A DNA stretch of 56,173 nucleotides from an uncultured Clostridia bacterium (GTDB taxonomy: Bacteria; Bacillota; Clostridia; Christensenellales; UBA1242). The notes below the pieces were generated by a model. That model worked only from the letters and a program-made list of their open reading frames with translations, ran no database searches and had not been told where the DNA came from. Each line of letters starts with the position of its first letter. The first letter of the stretch is position 1. Shown one piece after another: positions 34,201 through 44,576 of this stretch. The stretch lies in assembly GCA_944383295.1 (NCBI GenBank), contig CALWOW010000020.1, positions 1 through 56,173 on the forward strand, given 5' to 3'. Made by a program: the position numbers and the translations under genes.

Positions 34201-34421
34201 TACAAAATATGAGAAAAGAAGCTAGTTTCGAAGTCGAAGATAGAATTAATGTTTGGTATGAAACCGATGATAGTCTAACAAATACTCTTAAACAATACGC
34301 TGATTTCATTTCTAAAATAATTTTGGCAGAAAGTATGCAAGTCGGTAATTTAGGTGAATTTAAGTCCAAAGCTGATATCAATGGTACCGAATGTAATATT
34401 TCAATTTCTAAGGTGAAATAA
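31299..34421 (+). CDS. ileS: Isoleucine--tRNA ligase, type 2
   Basis: GLPHIGH, GWDAHGLP, WTTTPWTLPSN, SRDRYWGTP, KMSKS; long IleRS2-type C-terminus without a terminal zinc finger. Confidence 0.96.
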   Translation: MFDKVDSKLNLPQMDKKVLDFWDANSIFEKSITARENAKPFVFYEGPPGMNGLPHIGHGSTRIYKDTVLRYYAMKGRKVLRKAGWDAHGLPVEQKAEKDLGIKNKAEIETFGVQKFVEQCKKIINLYEKEWRIATRKLGFWVNFDDAYITCSDDYIESVWWSLKKLFEQGDIYEGYRVGPYCPRCGTSLASHEVAQGYQTVKDRTIYVRFEIKNKTNSYFLAWTTTPWTLPSNVALAVNPEIEYIEIEVESGEHYILAKNLVGKLFEDYQVVRQYKGKDLEGMEYKPIFDIPLNLLENKKAYYVTCADYVTISDGTGIVHIAPAFGIDDSNVGNQYNLPFVKLINDKGCFDETLPKYAGKRNIVANDEIIEDLKARGIVEKEQLYEHEYPHCWRCHTPLIYCARTGWFVRMSKYREQMLKNNATVDWHPESVRDGRMGNFLANAIDWNLSRDRYWGTPLNIWKCDKCGKLHSVGSRKELCELTGKTEIKDLHKPYIDEFTFKCECGGTMKRVPQVIDCWYDSGAMPFAQWHYPFENKEKFEEQFPADFICEAQDQTRGWFYSLQAIGTTVFNTSPYKACVMSGHIYDKNGLKMSKSLGNVVDINGLIDKYGADTVRFYFCSNSAPWLSQKLDEDGILEVQRKTISTLWNTYAFFVLYANIDDFKPTKDILSCKLTLMDKWLLSQLNALMLKIEKYMQEFNFTDSTRAIADFIDVLSNWYVRRSRERFWVDGVNEDKTAAFNCLYHTLVELTKICAPFMPFLSDNIYQNLTKNCDNEKLSVHLTDFPTADLGLIDEKLNSQMKEVIDIVALGRAGRNASNIKNRQPIANMFIYSSNKIDLNEQLIEIIADDLNVKNVKFIENPTDYINFELKPQLKTLGPKYGKNLSLIREYLANCDAYSVVEKLQNNETITVNEELDIVLNQDDVLIYPHSKPDFTAETNAGITVILDTVLTKELIDEGNAREFISKVQNMRKEASFEVEDRINVWYETDDSLTNTLKQYADFISKIILAESMQVGNLGEFKSKADINGTECNISISKVK

Positions 34422-35083
34422 TGGAAGAAAGAATATTTTTAAAAGATGAAAATTTTTTAGTGGTTTACAAGCAACAAAATGAACCTATGGCTGTATGTAC
34501 AGGGTTAGTAAAAGATTATTTGGGTGGAAAGAATTTAAAACCTATTTATGAGTTGGAAACGCTTGCTTGCGGACCTGTGGTTTATGCATTAAATAAAAAA
34601 ACCTTTGATGTGCTTTCTGCTTTATACAAAAACAAAGAATTCGATTTCAAGTTTTATGCAGTAACTGTTGGACAACCTAAGCAAGATAGTGGTACATTTA
34701 GTGCTTATGTAACAATGGATAAAAAAGAAAATAAATTAATTCATATTCCTCAATTAAATGCGGGGGTGGAAAATTTTGGTATCATTTTTCACACATTGCA
34801 AAAGATACAACAAATTCAATTAGTTAAGATAGAAGTAAATGAAATTTTACCCGAAACCATTCGTTTCGCTATGGCTGATTTGAATATGCCGATTTTTGGC
34901 GACAAAGCGTACAATGGAGATATATTAGCAAAAAACACAAATACAGCGCTTTGTTTGGTGGATATTCGTTTTAAGCATCCATTCAAAGAAGAATTTTTGA
35001 GTTTTAGGGCAATGGTGCCAGAAACAAAACCTTGGAATTATTTTGACTTAAACAAAATTTTTAAATTAAAAATAGGGGGATAA
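34421..35083 (+). CDS. RluA-family pseudouridine-synthase-like protein, catalytic motif degenerate
   Basis: FLVVYK, Y.A, IR..M...PIFGD..Y, F.HP motifs; HRLD replaced by YELE. Confidence 0.7.
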   Translation: MEERIFLKDENFLVVYKQQNEPMAVCTGLVKDYLGGKNLKPIYELETLACGPVVYALNKKTFDVLSALYKNKEFDFKFYAVTVGQPKQDSGTFSAYVTMDKKENKLIHIPQLNAGVENFGIIFHTLQKIQQIQLVKIEVNEILPETIRFAMADLNMPIFGDKAYNGDILAKNTNTALCLVDIRFKHPFKEEFLSFRAMVPETKPWNYFDLNKIFKLKIGG

Positions 35084-35085
35084 AT

Positions 35086-35991
35086 ATGGCTAAGTCTGTT
35101 GGTGTGATAATAGCAAGAGTATTAGTTGCTTTGATAATTTTAGCGGGTATTGGCGCATGCATTTACTTTTTCGTTATTAAAAACGATAATGTAAGAGGTG
35201 CTGTTTATGAAGAATTAAGCAAGACACTTGCTTCGGAAAATCAAAATACTTTGCAAACCAATATCGGTACCGAAATTGAAAAAGGCACTTATTATACATT
35301 TAATAAAGATGTAAATGATTGTGGGTATGACAAAATTTATTTGGCATATTACATAGACCAACAAATTTTAAATACTTATAGTGCTTTATTAGTTTATGTT
35401 GGGAATATTGACAATAAAAGAGTTAATGAAATACAAGACAATATCACAAATTACAACAATGCGCTTACGCAAGCTTTGAGAAGTCAAACTTTATTTAATG
35501 ATACCTATTCTCAATTAGGCGCTGATGAAGTGACCGCAGAAAATTTTAAATCAATGGTTCAAGATTTTAAATCTTTGCAACAAATCTTTCATACGCTGAC
35601 TAAAAATACTTTTAATTATGTGGTAGAACATTTTTATAAGGACATAAATGCAAAGTTAAGTCAAAAATATGTATTGACTTATGGATTATCTATTCAATCA
35701 AATCTTATGAATGTTGCTTTAAATAGTGAAACGGGCGTTAATGCAAATCTATATTTAGATAGCAAAGAAATGGTAAATCATTTTGTAGATTGTAAAAGTA
35801 ATAATTTTACTTCTCAATCTACCGATTTAGATGTCGCAGAGTTCATAAGTTTATTTAGTAATGCGCAAAAAGATTTTTCTGGTTTCTTAAATTCTACAGA
35901 CAAGGCAGCTTATTATAATGAAGCATCTAGTGATGATAAGCTAGATTTATATATTATAATTCGTGGTTTTGGTTTAACAGGGAGGGTGTAA
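35086..35991 (+). CDS. Hypothetical membrane-anchored protein
   Basis: N-terminal TM segment, helical ectodomain. Confidence 0.7.
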   Translation: MAKSVGVIIARVLVALIILAGIGACIYFFVIKNDNVRGAVYEELSKTLASENQNTLQTNIGTEIEKGTYYTFNKDVNDCGYDKIYLAYYIDQQILNTYSALLVYVGNIDNKRVNEIQDNITNYNNALTQALRSQTLFNDTYSQLGADEVTAENFKSMVQDFKSLQQIFHTLTKNTFNYVVEHFYKDINAKLSQKYVLTYGLSIQSNLMNVALNSETGVNANLYLDSKEMVNHFVDCKSNNFTSQSTDLDVAEFISLFSNAQKDFSGFLNSTDKAAYYNEASSDDKLDLYIIIRGFGLTGRV

Positions 35992-35992
35992 T

Positions 35993-37072
35993 ATGAAAAA
36001 ATTTGCAGTTTCAAGTCTTGTTTGTCTTGCGTTGTTTTGTTGTAGTTTAATGCTTTTTACAGGTTGCGACAATACTCAATATACCTATGCAGAATTTCAA
36101 AGCGCTTATAAAAATTTTGTAACCGAAAATGAAGGGGAACTATTTGATTCAAACGGTTATGTTAAAATAACCTATAAAAACGAAGCAATGGACGTCTTTA
36201 TCAATAAAACCGATTTAGACAGCAAAATGACTAAATTTACAAGGCTTTCAAGTAGTTTAGATTCAAACCAAGCAATTTTCGAACCAGCATTAAAAGCAAG
36301 TTTGGTTTTTGTAAAAAATTATGTAAATGTTTCGGCTGACACAGTGCCAACAAGTGTTAGTACAGATTTATACAACAAATTTTTAGACTTTAAGGCGAAA
36401 GCGGAAAAATTTTTATTAGTAAAAAAGAATTTTGATAATCTTGAAACTAGTGAATTCAATCCAGACAACGCATTACAAGTTAGTTGGCTAAATATGTTGC
36501 TAGAAGACTTTTACAATTTGGTAAAGTCAAGTTGTGAATTTTCACAAAAATACATTGAAGTTTACAATCAATATATCTTTATTGATGCGCCAAACACAAT
36601 AGATGGCAGAATTGCAACAGGTAAAATTGCTAAATACTACATTGAAAGTCTTACAAAATTAGCCGATGTTTATATTAATTCTTATTTGCCTTCTATCTAC
36701 GATAAAACTTTAATTGTAGATGACAGTGAATACTATACCGACCAATATTATTGCAAAGATGTTAATTCAGTTTTAAAATCTTACCTTGATATTGATGAAA
36801 AAATCATACAGTTCGAACGCCGTACAGGAGCAATGACTGATGCAGAAAAAGCGGTAGTTACTGCTTATAATTCAGCAATAGAATATAATACTGTATTTGA
36901 AAACAGTTATAAAATGGTTTTGGAAATTTTACCAAAAGTAGATTTGAGTAAAGACAATTTTAGCGAAATTGAACAAGGTTTTGTAAATTTGCTAAATGAT
37001 TTTTATACTTGTGAATATAAAAATTTAACACAACTTATCAATACTATTTCGCAAAAAATTTTAGTAGCATAA
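35993..37072 (+). CDS. Hypothetical lipoprotein
   Basis: Lipobox LFTGC; GGAGGG RBS. Confidence 0.7.
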   Translation: MKKFAVSSLVCLALFCCSLMLFTGCDNTQYTYAEFQSAYKNFVTENEGELFDSNGYVKITYKNEAMDVFINKTDLDSKMTKFTRLSSSLDSNQAIFEPALKASLVFVKNYVNVSADTVPTSVSTDLYNKFLDFKAKAEKFLLVKKNFDNLETSEFNPDNALQVSWLNMLLEDFYNLVKSSCEFSQKYIEVYNQYIFIDAPNTIDGRIATGKIAKYYIESLTKLADVYINSYLPSIYDKTLIVDDSEYYTDQYYCKDVNSVLKSYLDIDEKIIQFERRTGAMTDAEKAVVTAYNSAIEYNTVFENSYKMVLEILPKVDLSKDNFSEIEQGFVNLLNDFYTCEYKNLTQLINTISQKILVA

Positions 37073-37083
37073 TTTGATTAAAT

Positions 37084-37112
37084 AAAAACGAGTGAATTTA
37101 TCACTCGTTTTT
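37084..37112. terminator. Bidirectional terminator
   Basis: AAAAACGAGTGA-5 nt-TCACTCGTTTTT between convergent genes. Confidence 0.8.
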
Positions 37113-37119
37113 TTGTAAA

Positions 37120-37932
37120 CTATAAACCACGTTTTTTATTAACATACTTTTCGACAAGTGCGACAGCGAAATACATAATGCTAGCGAGTATGCAAAGTAT
37201 TAAAGTACTTGCCATTACCAAATCTAGTTTAAATACTTGACTGCCATACACTATCAAATATCCTAGACCTGCACTACTGACTAAATATTCTCCAATGATT
37301 GAGCCGACCCAACTCATTCCTACGCTAATTTTTAGTACGGATACAAATTGCGGTAGGGAGTAGGGAAGTATCAATTTTGTTAAAATTTGAAATTTATTTG
37401 CTCCCATTGAAGTCATCAGTAATATTTTTTCTTTATCGCATTCACGAAAAGCATTTAACATAGAAATTATAGTGATTATAATTGTAATCAGCACGCAAAT
37501 TACAATTATAGATTGCATACCAGCACCAAACCAAATAATAATTATAGGGCCAAGCGCTATTTTGGGTAAGGAGTTGAGTACTACGATGTACGGGTCTAAA
37601 ATCTTTCGAAGTGTTTCGCTCCACCAAAGTATAATTGCAATCAAGCATCCTAAAATCGTTGCTATTGCAAAGCCGAGTACGGTTTCATAGAGAGTAATGC
37701 CGATATGATAGAACAAATCTCCTGACTGATACAAATCACCAATAGTGGATAATATTCGACTAGGGGAACTCATAATCAAAGTGTTGATTGCACCGCATTG
37801 TGCTAGAATTTCCCAAAGAGAAAGGAAAACAATTAAAATACCAAGTTGACTACACAATATGGTTATGCGTTTGCGTTTATTTCGGGCAAGATAACGCAAA
37901 TGCTCTTTTGAATAGTTTACTTTATTTTTCAC
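37120..37932 (-). CDS. ABC transporter permease (NitT/TauT family)
   Basis: PKIALGPIII.WFG, EAA-like loop, GLGYLI. Confidence 0.9.
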   Translation of the reverse strand: MKNKVNYSKEHLRYLARNKRKRITILCSQLGILIVFLSLWEILAQCGAINTLIMSSPSRILSTIGDLYQSGDLFYHIGITLYETVLGFAIATILGCLIAIILWWSETLRKILDPYIVVLNSLPKIALGPIIIIWFGAGMQSIIVICVLITIIITIISMLNAFRECDKEKILLMTSMGANKFQILTKLILPYSLPQFVSVLKISVGMSWVGSIIGEYLVSSAGLGYLIVYGSQVFKLDLVMASTLILCILASIMYFAVALVEKYVNKKRGL

Positions 37933-38689
37933 TTGTTCCTAACTCCTTCCAAATCTTATCTACAATTTCCTTATACTCATCTGTTCGTTTTCTATCCTCA
38001 ATCAAAGGTATTTTTCTCAAATTAGTTTTAAATTCGGCTTTTACAACACTAGGGCGCTTTGATAGAACTATAATTCTATCAGAAAGACTTACTGCTTCAC
38101 TAAGGTCGTGTGTTACTAAAATGCTGGCTTTTTCTTCGCGTGTTATAATGCTACTTACATCTTGAATAACCGTTTTTCTAGTTTGATAATCTAGCGCTCC
38201 AAAAGGTTCATCAAGTAGCAAAATTTCAGGGCGTAGCACAAGGGTACGAATTAACGCAACTCTTTGTCGCATACCACCACTCAAATGATGAGGATATTTG
38301 TTGCGAAAATCGTATAGACCATATTTTTCTAAAAGTTCTTCAAGATATTTTTGATTTTCTGGGTCCTTGTTATGTGTAATTTCTAAACCTAATTTTACAT
38401 TTTGCAAAACTGTACGCCATTCAAATAATTGGTCGCGCTGAAACATGTAACCGATTTTATTTTTAGCTTCGTGTACAGGTTTTCCATTTAATGTAATAGT
38501 TCCTGTACTTGGTTTAAGTATTCCGGCAATAATGGATAATAGGGTAGTTTTCCCACAACCACTTGGACCAACGATAGAGATAAATTCTTTTGTATCTAAA
38601 TGCATTGATATATTCTCTATTGCTTTCGTTTCATCTTTCAACGTATGATAGTTTAAAGATATATCTTGCAGTTTTAAAATTTGTGACAT
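37922..38689 (-). CDS. ABC transporter ATP-binding protein (NitT/TauT family)
   Basis: GPSGCGKT, LSGGMRQR, LLLDEPF, VTHD. Confidence 0.93.
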   Translation of the reverse strand: MSQILKLQDISLNYHTLKDETKAIENISMHLDTKEFISIVGPSGCGKTTLLSIIAGILKPSTGTITLNGKPVHEAKNKIGYMFQRDQLFEWRTVLQNVKLGLEITHNKDPENQKYLEELLEKYGLYDFRNKYPHHLSGGMRQRVALIRTLVLRPEILLLDEPFGALDYQTRKTVIQDVSSIITREEKASILVTHDLSEAVSLSDRIIVLSKRPSVVKAEFKTNLRKIPLIEDRKRTDEYKEIVDKIWKELGTSEK

Positions 38690-38824
38690 TTTCGCCTTCC
38701 GTTTTGTTATAGTCTACATTGCCATTATATTGAGTTTAATTTAAAATTGTTACATATAATTTGCTGGTTGTAATAATTTTTTAAAAAAATGATAGCAATA
38801 TATTGCTATCAAATCTTATTACTT

Positions 38825-39835
38825 TTATGCGTAGTTAAAATACTTGACAACTTTGTTTGCAATTGTGTTATCAATAACTTTGTTAAAATCTACAGAGCCA
38901 TCTAATTCACCAGCATTAGTTATAATATTACACAGTCTATCATAGCCATCTTCTGTCATCACAGGGGAAGAGGCAAAAGCGTTCAATTCGATGTAGTTTT
39001 CAATTGCTGATTGAATACTTTCACGACTGCTACCTACAAACTGTGGCATTAAGGCGTCAACTACATCTTCAATCGGTGCATTCATTAAGAATAAGTATCC
39101 ACGATAAACAGCTCTCAAAAACTGCTCTGCTTGTAAGGCGTTGTTTGTTAGGTAATCTTCGTTTGCAATAAATGCGGTGTAGGGTACATATCCGCCCATT
39201 TGACCAATAGAAGCTACAATTGCTCCTTTTCCGCTTGCAACATAGTCACTAGCGACAGGTTCAAACATAGTGCAATAATCTCCTATACCTGATTCGAAAA
39301 CTGTTGCTACCATTCCAAAATCGTAATCAAGGTTGAGTGTATAATCTCTTCCCGCAATCATACCTTGTTGTTTTAATGCATATTCAAGTGTCATTGCAGG
39401 CATTCCACCTTTACGGCCAGCAATAATTGTTTTACCCCTTAAATCTTCAAGAGTAAAATCAGCATCTGCTTCGCGACTAATAAGCATTGAACCATCGCAA
39501 GCGGTTAATTGACCAAAAACTTTTGGCGAGCTTGCGTTTTCCTCGCTTTGTAAAGCAGTGTAAACGGCAGTTTCAGGCCCAGCAAGACCTATTGTTGCAC
39601 TGCCAGAGATAATTGAAGTCATAACGTTGTTGCTTCCGTTTCCATTTAGCAATTCAATTTCAAGTCCTTCGTCAGCGAAATAGTTGTTTGTCATAGCAAT
39701 ATAAAGTGGGGCATAGAAGATACTATGAGTTACTTCGCTTAATACTATTTTGTTGCTTGTGTTAGTATCCCCGCAACCTGTAAACATTAATAAGGGCATA
39801 AACATCAAAGCAAGCACAAATGCAAATTTTTTCAT
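38825..39835 (-). CDS. ABC substrate-binding lipoprotein (SsuA/THI5-like)
   Basis: Lipobox MFTGC, EVTHSIFYAP.Y.A, GRKGGMP. Confidence 0.88.
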   Translation of the reverse strand: MKKFAFVLALMFMPLLMFTGCGDTNTSNKIVLSEVTHSIFYAPLYIAMTNNYFADEGLEIELLNGNGSNNVMTSIISGSATIGLAGPETAVYTALQSEENASSPKVFGQLTACDGSMLISREADADFTLEDLRGKTIIAGRKGGMPAMTLEYALKQQGMIAGRDYTLNLDYDFGMVATVFESGIGDYCTMFEPVASDYVASGKGAIVASIGQMGGYVPYTAFIANEDYLTNNALQAEQFLRAVYRGYLFLMNAPIEDVVDALMPQFVGSSRESIQSAIENYIELNAFASSPVMTEDGYDRLCNIITNAGELDGSVDFNKVIDNTIANKVVKYFNYA

Positions 39836-39988
39836 TAATTTCCTCCTAATAAGCATTTATGGTTATAATATTCTGTTTTATGTTTTTTTGTTAAAATTGT
39901 TGTTGTTTCATGTAAAATTAGTTTAGTTTTTTATTTTTTTGTGATATAATCAATTATATTTGCAAAAGAATAATAATGGAGAGTATGT

Positions 39989-40558
39989 ATGAATAAATTT
40001 TGGAATGTGCCAAATGCTTTGTCACTTTTTAGGCTGATATTGGTACCTGTTTTTTTAATAGTTTTCTTTTTTGCCCCTGGCGACAATCATATACCCGCAT
40101 TGGTTGTATTTTTGATTGCTAGTTTAACTGATGTTCTTGATGGTATAATCGCACGCAAAACAGGTCAAATTACAAGTTATGGTATCATTTTAGACCCATT
40201 AGCGGATAAATTGTTAAAAATGGCTACTTTAATTGCTTTTGCTATTGCAGATATTGTTCCTCTTTGGTTGACTATAACTTTAATTGTTATAGACCTAGCA
40301 ATGATAATAACAGGTATTTGCTTGTATAAACAACAAATTACAATACCTAGCAATTTCTTTGGTAAGGCTGGTACAGTAATTATGAGCGTTGGTTTTGTTT
40401 TGTGTTTCTTTGCCGATTATTTGAACGGTTGGAATCTTTACATTTTATACGCTGGCTTGATTATGATTGTTGTGAGTGTAATAGTTTATATCGTAATGAA
40501 TTACAAACGAGTTTTTGTAAAAGAGAAACAAGATATTGACAAAACAATAAAAGAATGA
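39989..40558 (+). CDS. pgsA: CDP-alcohol phosphatidyltransferase (PgsA-like)
   Basis: PN.LS.FR, TD.LDG.IAR...G..LDP.ADK. Confidence 0.85.
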   Translation: MNKFWNVPNALSLFRLILVPVFLIVFFFAPGDNHIPALVVFLIASLTDVLDGIIARKTGQITSYGIILDPLADKLLKMATLIAFAIADIVPLWLTITLIVIDLAMIITGICLYKQQITIPSNFFGKAGTVIMSVGFVLCFFADYLNGWNLYILYAGLIMIVVSVIVYIVMNYKRVFVKEKQDIDKTIKE

Positions 40559-40591
40559 TAAAATTGTAAGAGAATAAAAGGGGATAGAGAA

Positions 40592-40825
40592 ATGACTACT
40601 GCATTTTTGTTAGTATCACTTATAGAAAGATTATCACAGGTTAATGTAATTATAGGTATAATTTTAGCTGCTCTCGGTATAGCAATCGCTTGTTTAGCAC
40701 GTAGAATAGCTTGCGCCGCAAGAAAAACAAGTAAGGTTTCAAACGATGATACTATATTGATTGTTACTAAAGTTATAGGTTTGATTTTTATTGTAGTTGC
40801 TTTGGTTGTATTAATTATTCAATAA
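40592..40825 (+). CDS. Small membrane protein (2 TM)
   Basis: AAGGGA RBS, two hydrophobic segments. Confidence 0.65.
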   Translation: MTTAFLLVSLIERLSQVNVIIGIILAALGIAIACLARRIACAARKTSKVSNDDTILIVTKVIGLIFIVVALVVLIIQ

Positions 40826-40961
40826 TATGAATGTTTATTTGTTAAAAACAAATTAAAACGACAAAATGATAAGATATATTTCACTTTTCGTGTAATATAT
40901 CTTTTATTTTTATCCACTCAAATTTTTAAAATGCGTTACAATTAAAGCAATGAGGTGAGAT

Positions 40962-41798
40962 ATGGAAATTGTAGTTGAATATGTCTTGCTTGATAATTTT
41001 TTAATTGATGCGTTGCTTTTAACTTTGACTATCAAAACTCTACATTTACCATTGAGCAAATGGGGAATAGTTTGCGCAAGTAGTTTTGGGGCAGGTTTTG
41101 CGGTTGTGTCTCCTTTAATACCTTTTGAAGGGATATTCGCTATTTTACTAAAGTTAGCTATGGCTTTTGTTATGTCATTTATGGTTTGCTTTTCGTTTAA
41201 AAAAATTTTTTCAAGGTTTTTAATTTTCGTATTATATACCTTTGCTTTTGGGGGAGCGTTAATAGGCATATTTACATTTATGGGGATACAAGTTTATGAT
41301 GCAATGTATATAGGTTACGTTTCAAGTTTACCTTTGGGAACGTTACTTGTCTGTCTATTTTGTTTTGGTGCTTTATTGTTTAGATTGTTAAAGATGTTGG
41401 CTAGGAAGAAAATTTGGGATAGGGCTGTAACATTTTCTATAGATATTTTAGGTAAAAGTAAAAAAATAAAAGGGTTTGTCGATACTGGAAATACTTTAAA
41501 AAATTCTAAAGGCAACAATATAATTGTTTTGCCAGAAAAAGAACTGAAATTTTGGTTTAATGAGCATCAACGAATGTTGTTAATGTTTGGGAGGGGAAGC
41601 GAACTGGGATTAAAAAATTTAGAAAGTATTACGGTTAATAGTTTGGGCGGAAGTTATAAAATGCTTGTGTTTGATTGCTTAATTGATATTGAAGGGAAAA
41701 AACAAACAGCAAGCATAGGTATAAGTAACGGAAAGTTTAAATGTGGTGATTGTCAGGCGATTATAGGAAGTGATTTGTTGGAGGCGGTAAAATGTTAA
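40962..41798 (+). CDS. spoIIGA: Pro-sigmaE processing aspartic protease SpoIIGA
   Basis: Five N-terminal TM segments, DTGN catalytic motif; overlaps sigE. Confidence 0.9.
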   Translation: MEIVVEYVLLDNFLIDALLLTLTIKTLHLPLSKWGIVCASSFGAGFAVVSPLIPFEGIFAILLKLAMAFVMSFMVCFSFKKIFSRFLIFVLYTFAFGGALIGIFTFMGIQVYDAMYIGYVSSLPLGTLLVCLFCFGALLFRLLKMLARKKIWDRAVTFSIDILGKSKKIKGFVDTGNTLKNSKGNNIIVLPEKELKFWFNEHQRMLLMFGRGSELGLKNLESITVNSLGGSYKMLVFDCLIDIEGKKQTASIGISNGKFKCGDCQAIIGSDLLEAVKC

Positions 41799-42508
41799 AT
41801 TGGTTGAAAAAAATATTTATAAAAGCGATAGGATTAGATGAAAGTATAACAAAAGAGCAGATGTTACTTTATTTATGTAGTAATGAAGCATTGCCTAATC
41901 CTATGTCAAATGAGGAAGAATTAGAATATTTAACAAAACTTGCTAATGGTGACGAAGAAGCTCGAGAGCAGTTAATCGAGCGCAATTTGCGTTTAGTAGT
42001 TTATATCTCGAAAAAATTTGAAAATACTGGTGTTGATTTGGAAGATTTAATTTCTGTTGGTTCTATCGGTCTAATCAAAGCAGTTAATACATTTAATTCA
42101 AATAAAAAAATCAAACTGGCCACTTATGCTTCACGCTGTATTGAAAACGAAATTCTAATGCATTTACGAAAGGTTTCAAAACAAAAAAAGGAAACATCAT
42201 TGGACTCACCGTTATCTTTTGATAGCGACGGAAATGAGTTGTTGTTAAGTGATGTCATTGGTATAGACGTTGACGAGGCGTTTAAAAGTATGGAAACTGA
42301 TATGGAAAAGGAAGTGATATATAAAGCACTTGAAAAATTAAATTCAAGAGAAAAACAAATAGTTTCTATGCGTTTTGGTTTGAATGGGGAAGAAGAAAAA
42401 ACGCAAAAACAAGTTGCTGACCTTTTGAATATCTCACAAAGTTATATCAGCAGAATAGAAAAGAAAATATTATCAAAAATGAAAAAAGATATGGCAAAAT
42501 TAATTTAA
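41792..42508 (+). CDS. sigE: Sporulation sigma factor SigE
   Basis: [45 protein letters not shown]. Confidence 0.95.
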   Translation: MLNWLKKIFIKAIGLDESITKEQMLLYLCSNEALPNPMSNEEELEYLTKLANGDEEAREQLIERNLRLVVYISKKFENTGVDLEDLISVGSIGLIKAVNTFNSNKKIKLATYASRCIENEILMHLRKVSKQKKETSLDSPLSFDSDGNELLLSDVIGIDVDEAFKSMETDMEKEVIYKALEKLNSREKQIVSMRFGLNGEEEKTQKQVADLLNISQSYISRIEKKILSKMKKDMAKLI

Positions 42509-42570
42509 TTTGAATAAAAACATACTTGGTTGCCGACACTATTGTTTGATTACATTTTTATGGAGGGAAA

Positions 42571-43344
42571 ATGTCAAACAAGGTGATTATTTGTGGTGTG
42601 GATACTTCTACACTCCCCAAATTTAGCGCAACCGAACTATGTGAATTGATGAATAAGATTAAGCAGGGCGATGAAAATGCTAAACAGCAATTTATTTTTG
42701 GCAATATGAGATTAGTTTTGAGTGTTGTACAACGATTTGCTAATAGAAAAGAAAATATGGACGATTTATTTCAAGTAGGTTGTGTTGGTCTTATAAAGGC
42801 TATAGATAATTTTGATGTTACTTTGAATGTAAAGTTTAGTACCTATGCCGTTCCTATGATAATAGGTGAAATACGCCGTTTTTTGAGGGATAATAGTGCT
42901 ATTCGTGTTAGCCGAAGCTTGAGAGATATAGCGTACAAGGCTTTGCAATCAAGGGAAAAACTAGGCGCTACCTTACAAAGAGAACCGACGTTGGAAGAAA
43001 TTGCTTTAGATTTAGATACTCCTTATAGACAAGTCGCTTGTGCTCTTGATGCAATATCTGAACCAATGTCGCTATCCGAACCAATGTATTCTGATGACCC
43101 TGACGCTTCTGAATTAAGTGACCATATCGCCGATATTACAAATGCCGATGATAAATGGCTTGATAATGTTTCAATACAAGATGCATTGACAGAACTAGCA
43201 CCTAGAGAAAAAAAGATTTTACTTTTAAGATATTATCTAGGACATACTCAAGTAGAAGTTAGTGAAGAAGTAGGTATTAGTCAAGCACAAGTAAGTCGTT
43301 TAGAAAAAAATGCGCTTAATGTAGTGAAAAAATATTTCACCTAA
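42571..43344 (+). CDS. sigG: Sporulation sigma factor SigG
   Basis: NKV.ICGVDTS.LP, DDLFQVGC.GL, FSTYAVPMIIGEIRR, GISQAQVSRLEK. Confidence 0.96.
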   Translation: MSNKVIICGVDTSTLPKFSATELCELMNKIKQGDENAKQQFIFGNMRLVLSVVQRFANRKENMDDLFQVGCVGLIKAIDNFDVTLNVKFSTYAVPMIIGEIRRFLRDNSAIRVSRSLRDIAYKALQSREKLGATLQREPTLEEIALDLDTPYRQVACALDAISEPMSLSEPMYSDDPDASELSDHIADITNADDKWLDNVSIQDALTELAPREKKILLLRYYLGHTQVEVSEEVGISQAQVSRLEKNALNVVKKYFT

Positions 43345-43522
43345 TAGGTATATTAAAAAACAAACTTAAAGTATCCAAATTTATGGATACTTTTTTAAAT
43401 CTATTTGAATTTGCTAATTGTTATCAAAAAATATTTAATTGCATATATTAATTTAGAGTTGTAATTTTAATAGAGGAAAAAATTAATGAGTAAAACTTAA
43501 AAGAATGTTTGTGAGGAAATAA

Positions 43523-43873
43523 ATGGAAATAAGTTTTAGCGAGTTGCGTTCCAAAGTGGTAGTAAATTTAACTGATGGTAGGAGATTGGGGCATATTATT
43601 GATTTAATATTTGAACAAAATGGAGCACGTATTCTAGGAGTCGTCGTCCCAGGGACAAAGTCAGGAATGTTTAAAAGCAGGGAAGATATTTTTATACCGT
43701 ATCAATGTATTTGTAAAATTGGTTTGGACACAATACTTGTAGAGTTAAATCCAGTTTCTCAACCTGTAAACAATTTAAGTCTAATTGGCAATTATGCACC
43801 AGCTAGTTCGGTTGTTGTAGAGCCAGAAACAAAAACAAGAACTTATGCGAGTTATAACCCTAGTACTAAATAA
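43523..43873 (+). CDS. ylmC: YlmC/YmxH family PRC-barrel sporulation protein
   Basis: FSELR.K.VVN..DG.RLG.I.D...IP...I.KIG.D.ILV; lies downstream of sigG. Confidence 0.88.
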   Translation: MEISFSELRSKVVVNLTDGRRLGHIIDLIFEQNGARILGVVVPGTKSGMFKSREDIFIPYQCICKIGLDTILVELNPVSQPVNNLSLIGNYAPASSVVVEPETKTRTYASYNPSTK

Positions 43874-43961
43874 ATTTAGCGGTTTTCAACCGTTTTTTCT
43901 TTTTAGCAAGAATAATAAATATATTTTTGTCAATAGTTATTTAAGTTTTTGGAGGTGTATT

Positions 43962-44576
43962 ATGAAATTAAGCGAAAGCAGAACTTATGAAAATTTAGCA
44001 CGTAGTTACGCTGCTGAATGTCAAGCGAGGACAAGATATGAATTTATTGAATATGGAGCAAGATATAATGGTTATAAAAACATAGCAGATATAATCGATG
44101 AAATTGCTTATCAAGAATTTAATCACGCACGTATGTTTTATACATTTATACAAGATGGCGAAGACGAGCAAATAGACAATATTGATATTGTGGCAGGTTT
44201 TCCATTTAGAGAAAAATGGGATTTGTGTGAAAATTTGCGTCTAGCTAGTGAAGATGAAGATAAAGACGCAAAAGCATATATTGAATTTGCAAATATTGCA
44301 AAGGAGGAGGGCTTTCCTGAAATTGCGCAACTATTTTTAGATACTGTAGAAGTTGAAAAATATCATAAAATAGTTTTTAAAGAGTTGTATCAACAAATGA
44401 AAGATGGTACTTTATACAAAAAAGAAAAACCAGTCACTTGGATTTGTGCTGATTGTGGTTATATGGCGACAGGGACAGAGCCATGGGATGAATGCCCTTT
44501 GTGTAAAGCGAAAAGGGGTTCGGTAAAATTAATTTTAGAAGCGCAAAAAATTAGATATAAACATTCTACAAAATAA
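43962..44576 (+). CDS. Rubrerythrin family protein
   Basis: T.ENL...YA.E.QAR..Y, E..H diiron motifs, C-terminal W.C..CGY..CP.C; GGAGG RBS before ATG 43962. Confidence 0.9.
   Translation: MKLSESRTYENLARSYAAECQARTRYEFIEYGARYNGYKNIADIIDEIAYQEFNHARMFYTFIQDGEDEQIDNIDIVAGFPFREKWDLCENLRLASEDEDKDAKAYIEFANIAKEEGFPEIAQLFLDTVEVEKYHKIVFKELYQQMKDGTLYKKEKPVTWICADCGYMATGTEPWDECPLCKAKRGSVKLILEAQKIRYKHSTK

Noticed and set aside
43845-43961. N-terminal extension of rubrerythrin in the ORF track
   Set aside because: GGAGG RBS supports ATG 43962; the extension overlaps ylmC and a hairpin
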